Source: an uncultured Candidatus Saccharibacteria bacterium
GTDB lineage: Bacteria > Patescibacteriota > Saccharimonadia > Saccharimonadales > AWTP1-31
Length of the DNA stretch: 64,000 nt
Assembly (NCBI GenBank): GCA_964629815.1
Contig: CAZVTA010000001.1
Span: 253,226-317,225, forward strand
Direction: 5' to 3'
Part shown: positions 19,105-27,432 of the stretch, one piece after another
How positions within the stretch are numbered: the stretch's first letter is position 1
Layout: every line of letters starts with the position of its first letter
Program-made: the position numbers and the translations under genes
The notes under the pieces: generated by a model
What the model was told of the DNA's origin: nothing
The model's database searches: none
Seen by the model: the letters and a program-made list of their open reading frames with translations, nothing else

Positions 19105-21576
19105 CTACTCATGTGAGAGCGTATATACAAGCTGGCTTGCTTTTACACCAACCTTTACGGTACTGCCCTTTTCGAGTTGCGCATCAAGTAATCCGTGCGC
19201 AATGTAATCTTCTATAGTATCCTGGATGAGTCGTCGAAGCGGACGCACCCCATTGTGCGCGTCGTAACCTTTTTCGAGCAGATACTGTTTTGCTGCAGGG
19301 TTGACTGAAACAATAACCCCGTGTCTGACAAGACGCTGTTTTAGTTCAGTGATCTGGAGATCAAGAATTGCAAGTGCATCTTTCTTAGTTAGCGCCCTAA
19401 AGACCAGTACCTTATCTATACGGTTTAATAGTTCTGGGCGCATAATCTTCTTGAGTTCGTCCTGTACTTTTTCTTTGTTGCGCATATGCAAACTATCAAG
19501 ATCTTTCTCAGTTTGCTTATCATCAACCCTAAAGCCCAATGATGCTTCCTTCTGCAGTTTGTCGGCACCAATATTACTGGTCATAATAATTATAGTATTG
19601 GTAAAATCAACGGCGCGTCCTTTTGCGTCTGTCAGCACTCCGTCTTCAAGAATCTGCAGGAGCATGTTAAACACATCTGGATGTGCCTTTTCGATTTCAT
19701 CGAACAGGATTAGACTATAGGGTTGTCTTCGTACTTTATCGGTCAGTTGGCCGCCTTCATCATAACCAACATAACCCGCTGGCGCACCAACCAAACGCGA
19801 GGCGGTGTGTCTTTCGCCAAACTCACTCATATCTATTTTAATGAGCGCTTCTTTACTACCAAAGAATTCACCCGCAAGCACACGAGCCAATTCTGTCTTT
19901 CCAACGCCCGTTGGCCCTAAGAATACAAACGATCCAATGGGGCGTTTTTCGCTACTCACACCAGAGCGATTGCGACGAATTGCTTTACTCACTGCTTCAA
20001 CCGCCTCATCTTGTCCTATAACATGTTTCGCAAGCGTCTTCTCAAGGCTTAGCAGGTATTTTGCTTCGGCACGTACTACTTTTTTGACGGGCACACCGGT
20101 CATACGTGCCACAACCTCAGCCACATCGTCGCTTTTTACGGTTATTGTATTAACTGCTTTGCCATCTTTGTGGAATGATTTCAGCTGTTCATTGATCTGA
20201 CTTGCGCGAGTTTTGTATTGCGCTGCCCGCTCGTAATCTTCAGAGTCGACAGCATCATCAATCTGCTGAGCTACGAGCTTAAGCTCTTTCTGTAATCGTC
20301 GTAGCTCAGGACTCGTCTTACCTTTATCAACGCGAAGATATGCTGCAGTTTCATCAAGCAAATCAATGGCCTTGTCTGGCATGTATCGATCGTTAATGTA
20401 CCTGTCGGCCATAGATACGATGTCTTCAAGTACTTCATCTGCGTACGTTACAGTATGATACGACTCATAGTGCTGTCGCAGACCCTTTAAAATCTGAAGC
20501 GTTTCCGGCTTAGAGGCTTCCGGTACAATAATTGGCTGCAATCTTCGCTCTAGCGCCGCATCTTTTTCAATATGTTTTGTGTATTCATCAGTTGTGGTTG
20601 CACCAATAAGCTGAACTTTGCCTCGTGCTAGAGCAGGTTTGAGTATATTACCCGCATCCATTGCACCTTCCGCAGCCCCTGCGCCAACTATAAGATGTAA
20701 CTCATCTATGAATACGATAGTTTTATTATCATTCTCAAGTTCTGACATGACTTTTTTGAGTCGTTCCTCAAACTCACCTCGGTATTTTGTACCAGCAATC
20801 ATGCCCGCTAGATCAAGCATAACAATACGTTTTTCAAGCAGTGAATCTGGAACGTCTTCAGCCACAATGCGTTGTGCCAAACCTTCTACAATGGCTGTCT
20901 TACCGACACCTGGTTCACCGATAAGCACGGGGTTGTTTTTTGTACGCCTATTTAGGATTGTAATCATGCGGCGGATTTGTGCATCTCGCCCAATAACTGG
21001 ATCAAGCTTGCCCTCGCGAGCAGCAGCAGTAAGATCGGTACCAAAGAAGTCTAATGCAGTTTTTCTTTTGTTTTTACCTCGGCGTCTGGTTCCCGTGTTT
21101 CCTGATGAGTCCATTTGTTGGCGATTTAGGAACTGCTCGAGACCTTGTGACAAATTCTCGACATCAATGTTCATCTCACGCAGTAGCACCGTTGCTCGGG
21201 CATTTTTTTGTGACAATATACTATACAGTATATGTTCAGTACCACAGAACTCTTGTCCAAAGTCTTGAGCAACTTCATAGGCCATTTTGAGGGTTAGTTT
21301 AGCAATTTCGCTCAATCCTTTGGCGCCCATGTTCAGTACCATTGTCTTAGGGGTAAGGTTCAGCGCTAAACGGGCTCTATCAAGTGTTACACCAGCATCT
21401 TCTAGAAGCTTTGCACCCATACTACTATCTTGAGCAAGCACTCCTAGTAGTAGGTGCTCTGTGCCGACATATGCACTCCCAAAACTGCGAGCAATTGCAT
21501 CTGCGTGTTTTAAGCTTTGTAGTGCATTATCTGTAAGATGGTTCAAAAATTCTTGGAAGTCTGGTGAGTTTTGCAT
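19105..21576 (-). CDS. clpC: ATP-dependent Clp protease ATP-binding subunit ClpC-type (class I AAA+)
   Basis: 823 aa. Two Clp-N repeats, Walker A motifs GEPGVGKT and GPTGVGKT, and a UVR-like linker ([14 protein letters not shown]). Confidence 0.93.
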   Translation of the reverse strand: MQNSPDFQEFLNHLTDNALQSLKHADAIARSFGSAYVGTEHLLLGVLAQDSSMGAKLLEDAGVTLDRARLALNLTPKTMVLNMGAKGLSEIAKLTLKMAYEVAQDFGQEFCGTEHILYSILSQKNARATVLLREMNIDVENLSQGLEQFLNRQQMDSSGNTGTRRRGKNKRKTALDFFGTDLTAAAREGKLDPVIGRDAQIRRMITILNRRTKNNPVLIGEPGVGKTAIVEGLAQRIVAEDVPDSLLEKRIVMLDLAGMIAGTKYRGEFEERLKKVMSELENDNKTIVFIDELHLIVGAGAAEGAMDAGNILKPALARGKVQLIGATTTDEYTKHIEKDAALERRLQPIIVPEASKPETLQILKGLRQHYESYHTVTYADEVLEDIVSMADRYINDRYMPDKAIDLLDETAAYLRVDKGKTSPELRRLQKELKLVAQQIDDAVDSEDYERAAQYKTRASQINEQLKSFHKDGKAVNTITVKSDDVAEVVARMTGVPVKKVVRAEAKYLLSLEKTLAKHVIGQDEAVEAVSKAIRRNRSGVSSEKRPIGSFVFLGPTGVGKTELARVLAGEFFGSKEALIKIDMSEFGERHTASRLVGAPAGYVGYDEGGQLTDKVRRQPYSLILFDEIEKAHPDVFNMLLQILEDGVLTDAKGRAVDFTNTIIIMTSNIGADKLQKEASLGFRVDDKQTEKDLDSLHMRNKEKVQDELKKIMRPELLNRIDKVLVFRALTKKDALAILDLQITELKQRLVRHGVIVSVNPAAKQYLLEKGYDAHNGVRPLRRLIQDTIEDYIAHGLLDAQLEKGSTVKVGVKASQLVYTLSHE

Positions 21577-21597
21577 AGTACTTTCATAGTATCAAAC

Positions 21598-21622
21598 TAG
21601 CACTCGCAGTGCAAGAGTGCTA
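21598..21622. promoter_or_regulatory. perfect 8-bp inverted repeat (TAGCACTC-N9-GAGTGCTA) between the 192-aa ORF and clpC
   Basis: Read directly from the sequence. It lies 22 nt upstream of the clpC ATG. It could be a weak terminator (followed by GUUUG) or an operator. It does not match the CtsR box I know. Confidence 0.3.
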
Positions 21623-21633
21623 AATGTACGTTC

Positions 21634-22212
21634 TTATACTACCAGGGATGTCCTAATATCATCCCCTGTATTGGTAACCTTGTGGAGAGGGCGCCATTTT
21701 TGAGGTATTGGATTAACAAAATACAGTGCGTCTCCAGGTGTGAGCGATAATGTTATCTGTTCTTTTGAAACTGGATCAACCAATGCACAGGTTGCACTTC
21801 CATCTAAGTTGACGGCAACGGTATCATCGGCGTACCTATCGCGGTGTTTGCGTGTATGGCCATTAGGGAGATAGCGAAGAATTTGAAATACAAATCTATC
21901 GTTAACATGTAGTTTTCTGGTTGCGGAGTAGAAGATTTGCAATAGGTCAGGGACAATTTCGCATACTTCTGAATCATTACGTATTGTATGAGGATTATTT
22001 GGATACTTCTTTGCGCTCCATGCACCTACCTGGTAGAATTCAATTCCTTCTTGTCCTGGAGGAGAATAGTCAGATGATCGAACAAACGAAAATTCATCGG
22101 CAAATTCAATAAGCAAATTAGCTTGTTCTGCAGCCCGGATAGCTGCACTACAATCTGCAAAGTTTGATATAAACTCCCAGTTAGCACCCTCTTGAGCCGC
22201 TTTTTCTGTCAT
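21634..22212 (-). CDS. 2OG/Fe(II) oxygenase-like protein (prolyl-4-hydroxylase-like motif pattern)
   Basis: 192 aa. H123-R-D125, then PGDALYF, H177, then R187-T-S189. The spacing is typical of the HxD...H...RxS facial triad plus the 2OG-binding Arg. Confidence 0.6.
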   Translation of the reverse strand: MTEKAAQEGANWEFISNFADCSAAIRAAEQANLLIEFADEFSFVRSSDYSPPGQEGIEFYQVGAWSAKKYPNNPHTIRNDSEVCEIVPDLLQIFYSATRKLHVNDRFVFQILRYLPNGHTRKHRDRYADDTVAVNLDGSATCALVDPVSKEQITLSLTPGDALYFVNPIPQKWRPLHKVTNTGDDIRTSLVV

Positions 22213-22223
22213 ATAATACCTAT

Positions 22224-22280
22224 TACTCGCCGTGTTCTTCGATTGCTTCGAGAAGGCTACTCTCGAGCTATTCTCTTTCC
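22224..22280. repeat. direct repeat copy A: untranslated remnant of the nusA 3' end
   Basis: 22227-22269 is identical base for base to 23163-23205 (43 bp), with weaker flanking similarity. On the minus strand it would encode LESSLLEAIEEHGE-TAA, but it is preceded by an in-frame TAG and lies in no ORF. Confidence 0.9.
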
Positions 22281-22354
22281 ACTTGAGACTTATTAGTTTA
22301 TGTAAGCCAATGCTTCAATAGTACCAGAATTAGTAATCCACATTCGAGTAATCA

Positions 22355-22870
22355 TTAAAGAACGATATCTGCCCATCCTGCCAAGAGTGTTATTCGAGGA
22401 GCACTGATTGGGTTGACACTATGCGGTATACGTCGCTCATCAGGCACTCGTTCATTATGCACAATGAACATATCACCAGGATATGCCATACCTAATCGTT
22501 TACCGAAACCTTCACCAAATCGTATATCAACTACACCCATTAACATTACGCCCTTAACAAGACCAACCGTACGGTGATCAGTGTGCGTTGGTACTTGATA
22601 CTCTTCTTCGGTCACTATAGCATTGACATAATGTGGCCGTGGCGAAACACCCCGCATGGCCTCGATGACCAAAGACATACCAACAAATGACTCTTGTTGT
22701 TCGTGAGACAACCGTACGTAAGGTAAGCTTGACTTCTCTGTACAACCAAGTGCTAGTTCGCCTAAATGTATAGCACTCAACAGATCATGACCCAACATGG
22801 CGGCGTCAACTGGGGGGATAATATTCCGCTGGATCTCAACTGATGGTTCACCATTCATTGTTGCAAACAT
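22355..22870 (-). CDS. 2OG/Fe(II) oxygenase-like protein, divergent paralog of the 192-aa ORF
   Basis: 171 aa. H96-T-D98, PGDMFIV, H150, R159-I-T161, then W. The motif order and spacing match 21634-22212. Confidence 0.6.
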   Translation of the reverse strand: MFATMNGEPSVEIQRNIIPPVDAAMLGHDLLSAIHLGELALGCTEKSSLPYVRLSHEQQESFVGMSLVIEAMRGVSPRPHYVNAIVTEEEYQVPTHTDHRTVGLVKGVMLMGVVDIRFGEGFGKRLGMAYPGDMFIVHNERVPDERRIPHSVNPISAPRITLLAGWADIVL

Positions 22871-22930
22871 ACACCGTCAGTGTATTGCACCAAGAGCCCT
22901 TAAACAAGATCTTACAGGACGACATAGCGA

Positions 22931-23155
22931 TTATTTCTGTCGTTTATCCCACATATCTTGAGTAATAACTCCACCCAAATCCATTGCAACAAGTAAACGC
23001 AGATATTCTAGTGGTGTATTTATATCTAATTGACGCACTCGCTCATTAATCTGCATAAGAATGTTATCTGGTAACATAATCGTTACAACACTCAGATCAG
23101 GTACTTCCCATCTCCATGCATCTTCAGGAATCGCGTCATCAAACTCGCCTGACAT
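22931..23155 (-). CDS. small ribbon-helix-helix-like protein (CopG/antitoxin-type fold predicted from pattern)
   Basis: 74 aa. VVTIMLPDNILMQINERVRQLDINTPLEYLRLLVAMDL fits a beta-strand/helix/helix RHH pattern. The ATG lies 3 nt after the nusA stop. Confidence 0.5.
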   Translation of the reverse strand: MSGEFDDAIPEDAWRWEVPDLSVVTIMLPDNILMQINERVRQLDINTPLEYLRLLVAMDLGGVITQDMWDKRQK

Positions 23156-23158
23156 TGG

Positions 23159-24304
23159 CTATTCGCCGTGTTCTTCGATTGCTTCGAGAAGGCTACTCTC
23201 GAGCTGCTCTTTCTTCTTTAGACGTGGCGGTTGCACTTTAGGCTCTGCTGCAACAGGAGCTGGCGCTTCTTCTGCGGTGATATCAATATCGTAGCCTGTT
23301 AGTTTACTTGCAAGGCGTACGTTTTGTCCACTTTTACCAATTGCAATACTTTGTTGGTCTTCAGGAACAAAAACAGTTGCTTTTTTGTTGGCTTCGTCGA
23401 GATCTACCTTTGTAACCTTAGTTGGGCTTAATGCATTGATGATGTATTTCTTAGGGTCTTTGTCCCATACAATAATGTCGATTTTTTCTTGTTCACCAAT
23501 CTCGCTCATAACCGCGTTTACGCGAGTACCATGACCACCAACAAACGTTCCCACAGGATCAACGCCTGGCACATTACTTATAACTGCAAGTTTAGTTCGA
23601 ACGCCAGCCTCTCGTGCAATGTCCTTAATCTCTACTGAATTGTTTTCCATCTCGGGAACTTCTGCACGGAAAAGATGCTCGACAAACTGCGCATTACCAC
23701 GGCTCACCACCAACTGTGGGCCACGAAAACCGCGTTCAACATCTTTAAGAAAAACCTTGAGACGTTGACCAGGATAGTATCGCTCACCTTGTATTTGTTC
23801 GCTGCGAGGCAAGATACCTTGGGCTTTGCCAAGATCTATGCGTACAATCATACCTTCAACACGAGAGACAAGCCCATTAATAATGGTTCCGATTTTATCG
23901 TCGTATTCGGCCATAACAATTTCTCGTTCTGCCTCACGAAGTCTCTGTAAGATAACTTGTTTGGCTGTTTGTGCTGCAACGCGACCAAAGTGCTCAACTT
24001 TTTCGTGAATCTCAATCATATCACCAATTGCAGCGTTCTTTTTCATAGCTTGTGCATCGGTAAGGCTAATTTCATATTTATCGTCGCCCACACGCTCAAC
24101 AACTTCTTTTTGGATATACGCATCAACGTCACCTGTAGCAAGATTCATCGTAACGCGCACTTCTTGCTCGCGATCACCATAATCTCGTCGATACGCTGCA
24201 GCAAGCGCTTGCTCAACAATTTCTTGCACCATATCTTCTGGTAAATTCTTCTCCTCTGCAATAGCTTTTACCGCTACTGCCAGTCCTTTCATATCTAGTT
24301 CCAT
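23159..24304 (-). CDS. nusA: transcription termination/antitermination factor NusA
   Basis: 381 aa. N-terminal domain, S1 domain, and KH domains with GKSGQNVRLAS. AAGGAG lies 8 nt upstream of the ATG. Confidence 0.93.
   Translation of the reverse strand: MELDMKGLAVAVKAIAEEKNLPEDMVQEIVEQALAAAYRRDYGDREQEVRVTMNLATGDVDAYIQKEVVERVGDDKYEISLTDAQAMKKNAAIGDMIEIHEKVEHFGRVAAQTAKQVILQRLREAEREIVMAEYDDKIGTIINGLVSRVEGMIVRIDLGKAQGILPRSEQIQGERYYPGQRLKVFLKDVERGFRGPQLVVSRGNAQFVEHLFRAEVPEMENNSVEIKDIAREAGVRTKLAVISNVPGVDPVGTFVGGHGTRVNAVMSEIGEQEKIDIIVWDKDPKKYIINALSPTKVTKVDLDEANKKATVFVPEDQQSIAIGKSGQNVRLASKLTGYDIDITAEEAPAPVAAEPKVQPPRLKKKEQLESSLLEAIEEHGE
23160..23214. repeat. direct repeat copy B: the functional 3' end of nusA
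   Basis: 23163-23205 is identical to 22227-22269. The offset between the two copies is exactly 936 bp. Confidence 0.9.
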
Positions 24305-24327
24305 ATATACTCCTTGTTTTTGCTATT

Positions 24328-24351
24328 AAAAAATCCGACCTGTCGGTCGGA
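24328..24351 (-). terminator. intrinsic-terminator-like hairpin in the nusA 5' leader (candidate attenuator)
   Basis: The minus-strand RNA reads UCCGACC-GACA-GGUCGGA followed by UUUUUU. The stem is a perfect 7 bp. It lies between a TGcTATACT box (24366-24374) and the nusA SD (24312-24317). Confidence 0.45.
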
Positions 24352-24365
24352 GCTCTACAAAAGAA

Positions 24366-24374
24366 AGTATAGCA
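24366..24374 (-). promoter_or_regulatory. extended -10 TGCTATACT upstream of the nusA leader hairpin
   Basis: The minus strand reads aaTGCTATACTttcttttgtagagc, followed by the hairpin. Confidence 0.4.
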
Positions 24375-24433
24375 TTAATATGTAGCGAAAACAACAGCTA
24401 TTTTAGCTGACATACTCTGCTAAACTTAAAAGA

Positions 24434-27052
24434 ATGAAAAAAGTAAAACTTCTTGCAGACCAATTTTTACCACACCACTATCGCCTAACACTAAGTCCTG
24501 ATAAAAAAACCATGGCCTTTACTGGTTCTGTTGTTATTCAAGGTAAGAAAATCGGTCGTCCAAGTAACCGCATAACACTTCATCAGAAAAACCTCAAAAT
24601 CACTTCTGCAACAATTCAGCATCACACGAAACAAGCCAACTCTGACATACACATAACCCGCATAAACACACACGAAACCTACGATGAAGTACGTTTACAT
24701 ACTGAAAAAGCCTTGCATCACGGTGAATACACCCTTGTGCTCGAATTTGAAGGCACTATAACTCGTGCCATGAATGGTTTGTATCCATGCTTCTTTACAA
24801 AAAATGGTTCTGAACAGCAATTGTTAGCAACTCAATTTGAAAGTCACCATGCGCGTGAAGTCTTTCCATGCATCGACGAACCAAGCGCTAAGGCAGTATT
24901 CGACCTAACAATTATTTCACCAAAGGGCGAGACCGTCATCTCTAACACGCCGATCGCATCACAGACAAGCACAAAACAAACCACAACCACAGTTTTTGAA
25001 CCTACGCCAATCATGAGTACGTATTTACTTGCTTTTGTGATCGGTGAGCTTGCATATAAGGAAAAGGTAACCAAGGATGGTGTAGCGGTGCGGGCATATG
25101 CAACCCCGCAGAACATAGAACACACTACTTTTGCGCTCGACATAGCTGTAAAAACCCTAGAATTCTTTAATGACTATTTCGATATACCCTATCCGCTCAA
25201 AAAATGCGACCTCATTGCTTTACCCGACTTTGCAAGTGGCGCTATGGAGAACTGGGGGTGCATTACTTTCCGCGAGCACGCGCTGTTTGTAGACCCCAAG
25301 AACACCAGCCTTCCAAGCAAGCAATATGTTGCTCTGGTTGTTGCCCATGAGCTTGCACATCAATGGTTTGGTAATCTTGTTACCATGCGCTGGTGGACTG
25401 ACCTTTGGCTTAACGAAGGTTTTGCGAGCTGGATCGAATATCTCGCAATTGACAAAATATTTCCCGAATGGAAACTTTGGACCCAGTTTATTGTCGATGA
25501 GCAGCAGCAAGCACTTAAGCTCGACGCACTTGAACACACGCATCCTGTAGAAGTACCTATCAAGCACCCCGACGAAATACGAACTATCTTTGATGCCATA
25601 AGCTACAGTAAAGGAGCAAGTGTCATACACATGCTCCATGAATATCTTGGAGCAAAAGACTTTCAAGCCGGTCTTCGGTATTATCTGAAAAAACACGCTT
25701 ATAAAAATACCGACACAGCCGACCTGTGGGATGCACTTGAAGAGGCTTCCGAAAAGCCCGTTAAAAAATTTATGCATGCCTGGACATCGCAAAGTGGCTA
25801 TCCACTTGTCACCGCACATGTAGAAGAGAATCAGTTGAAGCTTTCTCAGGAACGGTTTTACGTGAATGACACGGCAAAAAAACAAACTACACGGTGGCCT
25901 GTTCCCTTACTTACAAACGACCCATCCTTACCAGACACACTCACCGCCACCTCTACAAAGGTGCCCCTAACTACGAGCGGTACGCATAAACTCAATGCGA
26001 ATCAAAGTGGCTTTTATCGTACCTTTTATAATCCCGCCCATTTATACACACTCATGGAGCACGTCTCACGCGGTAAATATCAAGAACTGGACAGGCTCGG
26101 TATAATCGCCGATGCTTTTGAGGCGTCCAAAGCGGGCCACATAGATGCTGTCGATGTTCTAAATTGCATAGATTCATACGCCAACGAAACGAGCAGTGCT
26201 GTGTGGGACGTATTGGCTGGTGGTATCGCCAGTGTCCGCACAATAATCGCCGATGAAGATGTTCGAGAAAATATGAAACCTTATGTACGTCATTTGATTG
26301 CGCAACAGCAAACCCGACTTGGCTGGAACAAGAAACCGGGCGAATCATATTTTGATCAACTTTTACGTCCTACCATACTTTCTATGGCAGCGGCAGCCGA
26401 TGATCCTGATGTAGTTAGTAAGGTTACGAAGATTTTTGACGCAATGCACGCACCAAAAGATGCCCCAACCGAATTACGATCTGAACCTGTCTATGGAATA
26501 CTTCGTAACGGAGTACTCGACCCAGACATGAGAACCATTGTCTATGGAACCGTCGCGCGCAACGGGTCGGATACAGAGTTCAATAAACTCGTTGCAATGC
26601 ATAATGCAAGCGAATCAAGCGAAGAGCGCCTGAACCTTTGTATGGCAATTGCCGGTTTTAAGCAGAAGAAACTTACCAAACGGGCCCTTTCGCTCATAAA
26701 AAGCGAGCATGTGCGTCTGCAAGATGTAGCATATTGGCTGGCATACAGTTTTAGCAATCGGTTTGCGCATCAATTGACGTGGGAATGGGTTAAAGACAAC
26801 TGGCAATGGCTGCAAGAAAACCTCGGAAATGATTTAGCCTTTTACAGACTACCGATTTATGCAGCTCGCCCAAGCAGTGATAGAGCATTCTTAAAAGAAT
26901 ATACCGAGTTTTTCAATGCAAACATGTCTCCTGCATTTGAGCGAAGCATTCAACAGGGTATAGAAATGATAACGTGGCAAGCACGATGGCGAGAGCATAA
27001 TGCAAAGAGTGTACGTACCTTCTTCGCTAAGAAATCGTCAGAGCTTCAATAA
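24434..27052 (+). CDS. pepN: M1-family aminopeptidase N
   Basis: 872 aa. GAMENWG exopeptidase motif, HELAHQWFGNLVT...WLNEGFA zinc site, and an ERAP1-like C-terminal domain. Confidence 0.93.
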   Translation: MKKVKLLADQFLPHHYRLTLSPDKKTMAFTGSVVIQGKKIGRPSNRITLHQKNLKITSATIQHHTKQANSDIHITRINTHETYDEVRLHTEKALHHGEYTLVLEFEGTITRAMNGLYPCFFTKNGSEQQLLATQFESHHAREVFPCIDEPSAKAVFDLTIISPKGETVISNTPIASQTSTKQTTTTVFEPTPIMSTYLLAFVIGELAYKEKVTKDGVAVRAYATPQNIEHTTFALDIAVKTLEFFNDYFDIPYPLKKCDLIALPDFASGAMENWGCITFREHALFVDPKNTSLPSKQYVALVVAHELAHQWFGNLVTMRWWTDLWLNEGFASWIEYLAIDKIFPEWKLWTQFIVDEQQQALKLDALEHTHPVEVPIKHPDEIRTIFDAISYSKGASVIHMLHEYLGAKDFQAGLRYYLKKHAYKNTDTADLWDALEEASEKPVKKFMHAWTSQSGYPLVTAHVEENQLKLSQERFYVNDTAKKQTTRWPVPLLTNDPSLPDTLTATSTKVPLTTSGTHKLNANQSGFYRTFYNPAHLYTLMEHVSRGKYQELDRLGIIADAFEASKAGHIDAVDVLNCIDSYANETSSAVWDVLAGGIASVRTIIADEDVRENMKPYVRHLIAQQQTRLGWNKKPGESYFDQLLRPTILSMAAAADDPDVVSKVTKIFDAMHAPKDAPTELRSEPVYGILRNGVLDPDMRTIVYGTVARNGSDTEFNKLVAMHNASESSEERLNLCMAIAGFKQKKLTKRALSLIKSEHVRLQDVAYWLAYSFSNRFAHQLTWEWVKDNWQWLQENLGNDLAFYRLPIYAARPSSDRAFLKEYTEFFNANMSPAFERSIQQGIEMITWQARWREHNAKSVRTFFAKKSSELQ

Positions 27053-27380
27053 TATCACTTACATAGAATTCATTACCCGTAACCTCGATGGCGCCCAGTT
27101 CAATAGCTCCCTCATAGCTTGAAACAGCCCTCCATTGTTCTGCTGCATAGGTCATCTGACGCAGTTTCGTTGCAGTGATATAGTCAAAACCAGCCCCATA
27201 TGCATTCGATTTTCTGTACTTTACCTCAAAACACACTACAATATTTTGCTTCTTAGCAATAATATCAATTTCACATTGCGGAGTTTTCCAGTTTTTTGCA
27301 ATAAGTTTATATCCGACAGAGCGCAAGTAATCCGCTGCCTTATTCTCTGCTTTCCGGCCAGGTGTTTCTTCTACAAACAT
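27027..27380 (-). CDS. yraN: YraN-family (UPF0102) endonuclease-like protein
   Basis: 117 aa. AENKAADYLRSVGYKLIAKNWKTPQCEIDIIAKK and EVKYR match the YraN PD-(D/E)xK pattern. Confidence 0.8.
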   Translation of the reverse strand: MFVEETPGRKAENKAADYLRSVGYKLIAKNWKTPQCEIDIIAKKQNIVVCFEVKYRKSNAYGAGFDYITATKLRQMTYAAEQWRAVSSYEGAIELGAIEVTGNEFYVSDIIEALTIS

Positions 27381-27407
27381 AACACCCTACTTATAACGCA
27401 GGGTGTT
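27381..27407 (-). terminator. 8-bp hairpin between rplS and yraN (weak terminator or attenuator)
   Basis: AACACCCU-N11-AGGGUGUU, followed directly by AUGUUUGU, which is the yraN start. The U tract is poor. Confidence 0.3.
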
Positions 27408-27432
27408 ACAAACTAAAAGTGGTTACGGCTAT

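Noticed and set aside
20618-21268. 216-aa plus-strand ORF inside clpC, and similar long antisense ORFs at 19301-20200
   Set aside because: The Ser/Arg/Pro-rich translation is typical of the antisense frame of a real gene, and the clpC motifs on the minus strand are unambiguous.
22355-23155. RHH protein plus the downstream 171-aa gene as a type II toxin-antitoxin pair
   Set aside because: The order (small RHH first) fits a TA pair. However, the genes are 60 nt apart, the second gene has its own -10/ATG context, and it carries oxygenase-type HxD...H...R motifs rather than any toxin fold I recognise. This is kept only as a remote alternative.
25220-25885. 221-aa minus-strand ORF inside pepN. 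The same pattern appears at 28436-29056 in the malic enzyme gene, 35181-35687 in dnaE, 13865-14356 in the PBP gene, 32490-32996 in the CAP gene, 50534-51031 in fba and 37362-37859.
   Set aside because: These are shadow ORFs opposite well-supported genes. None has an SD or a -10/ATG context or any recognisable domain.
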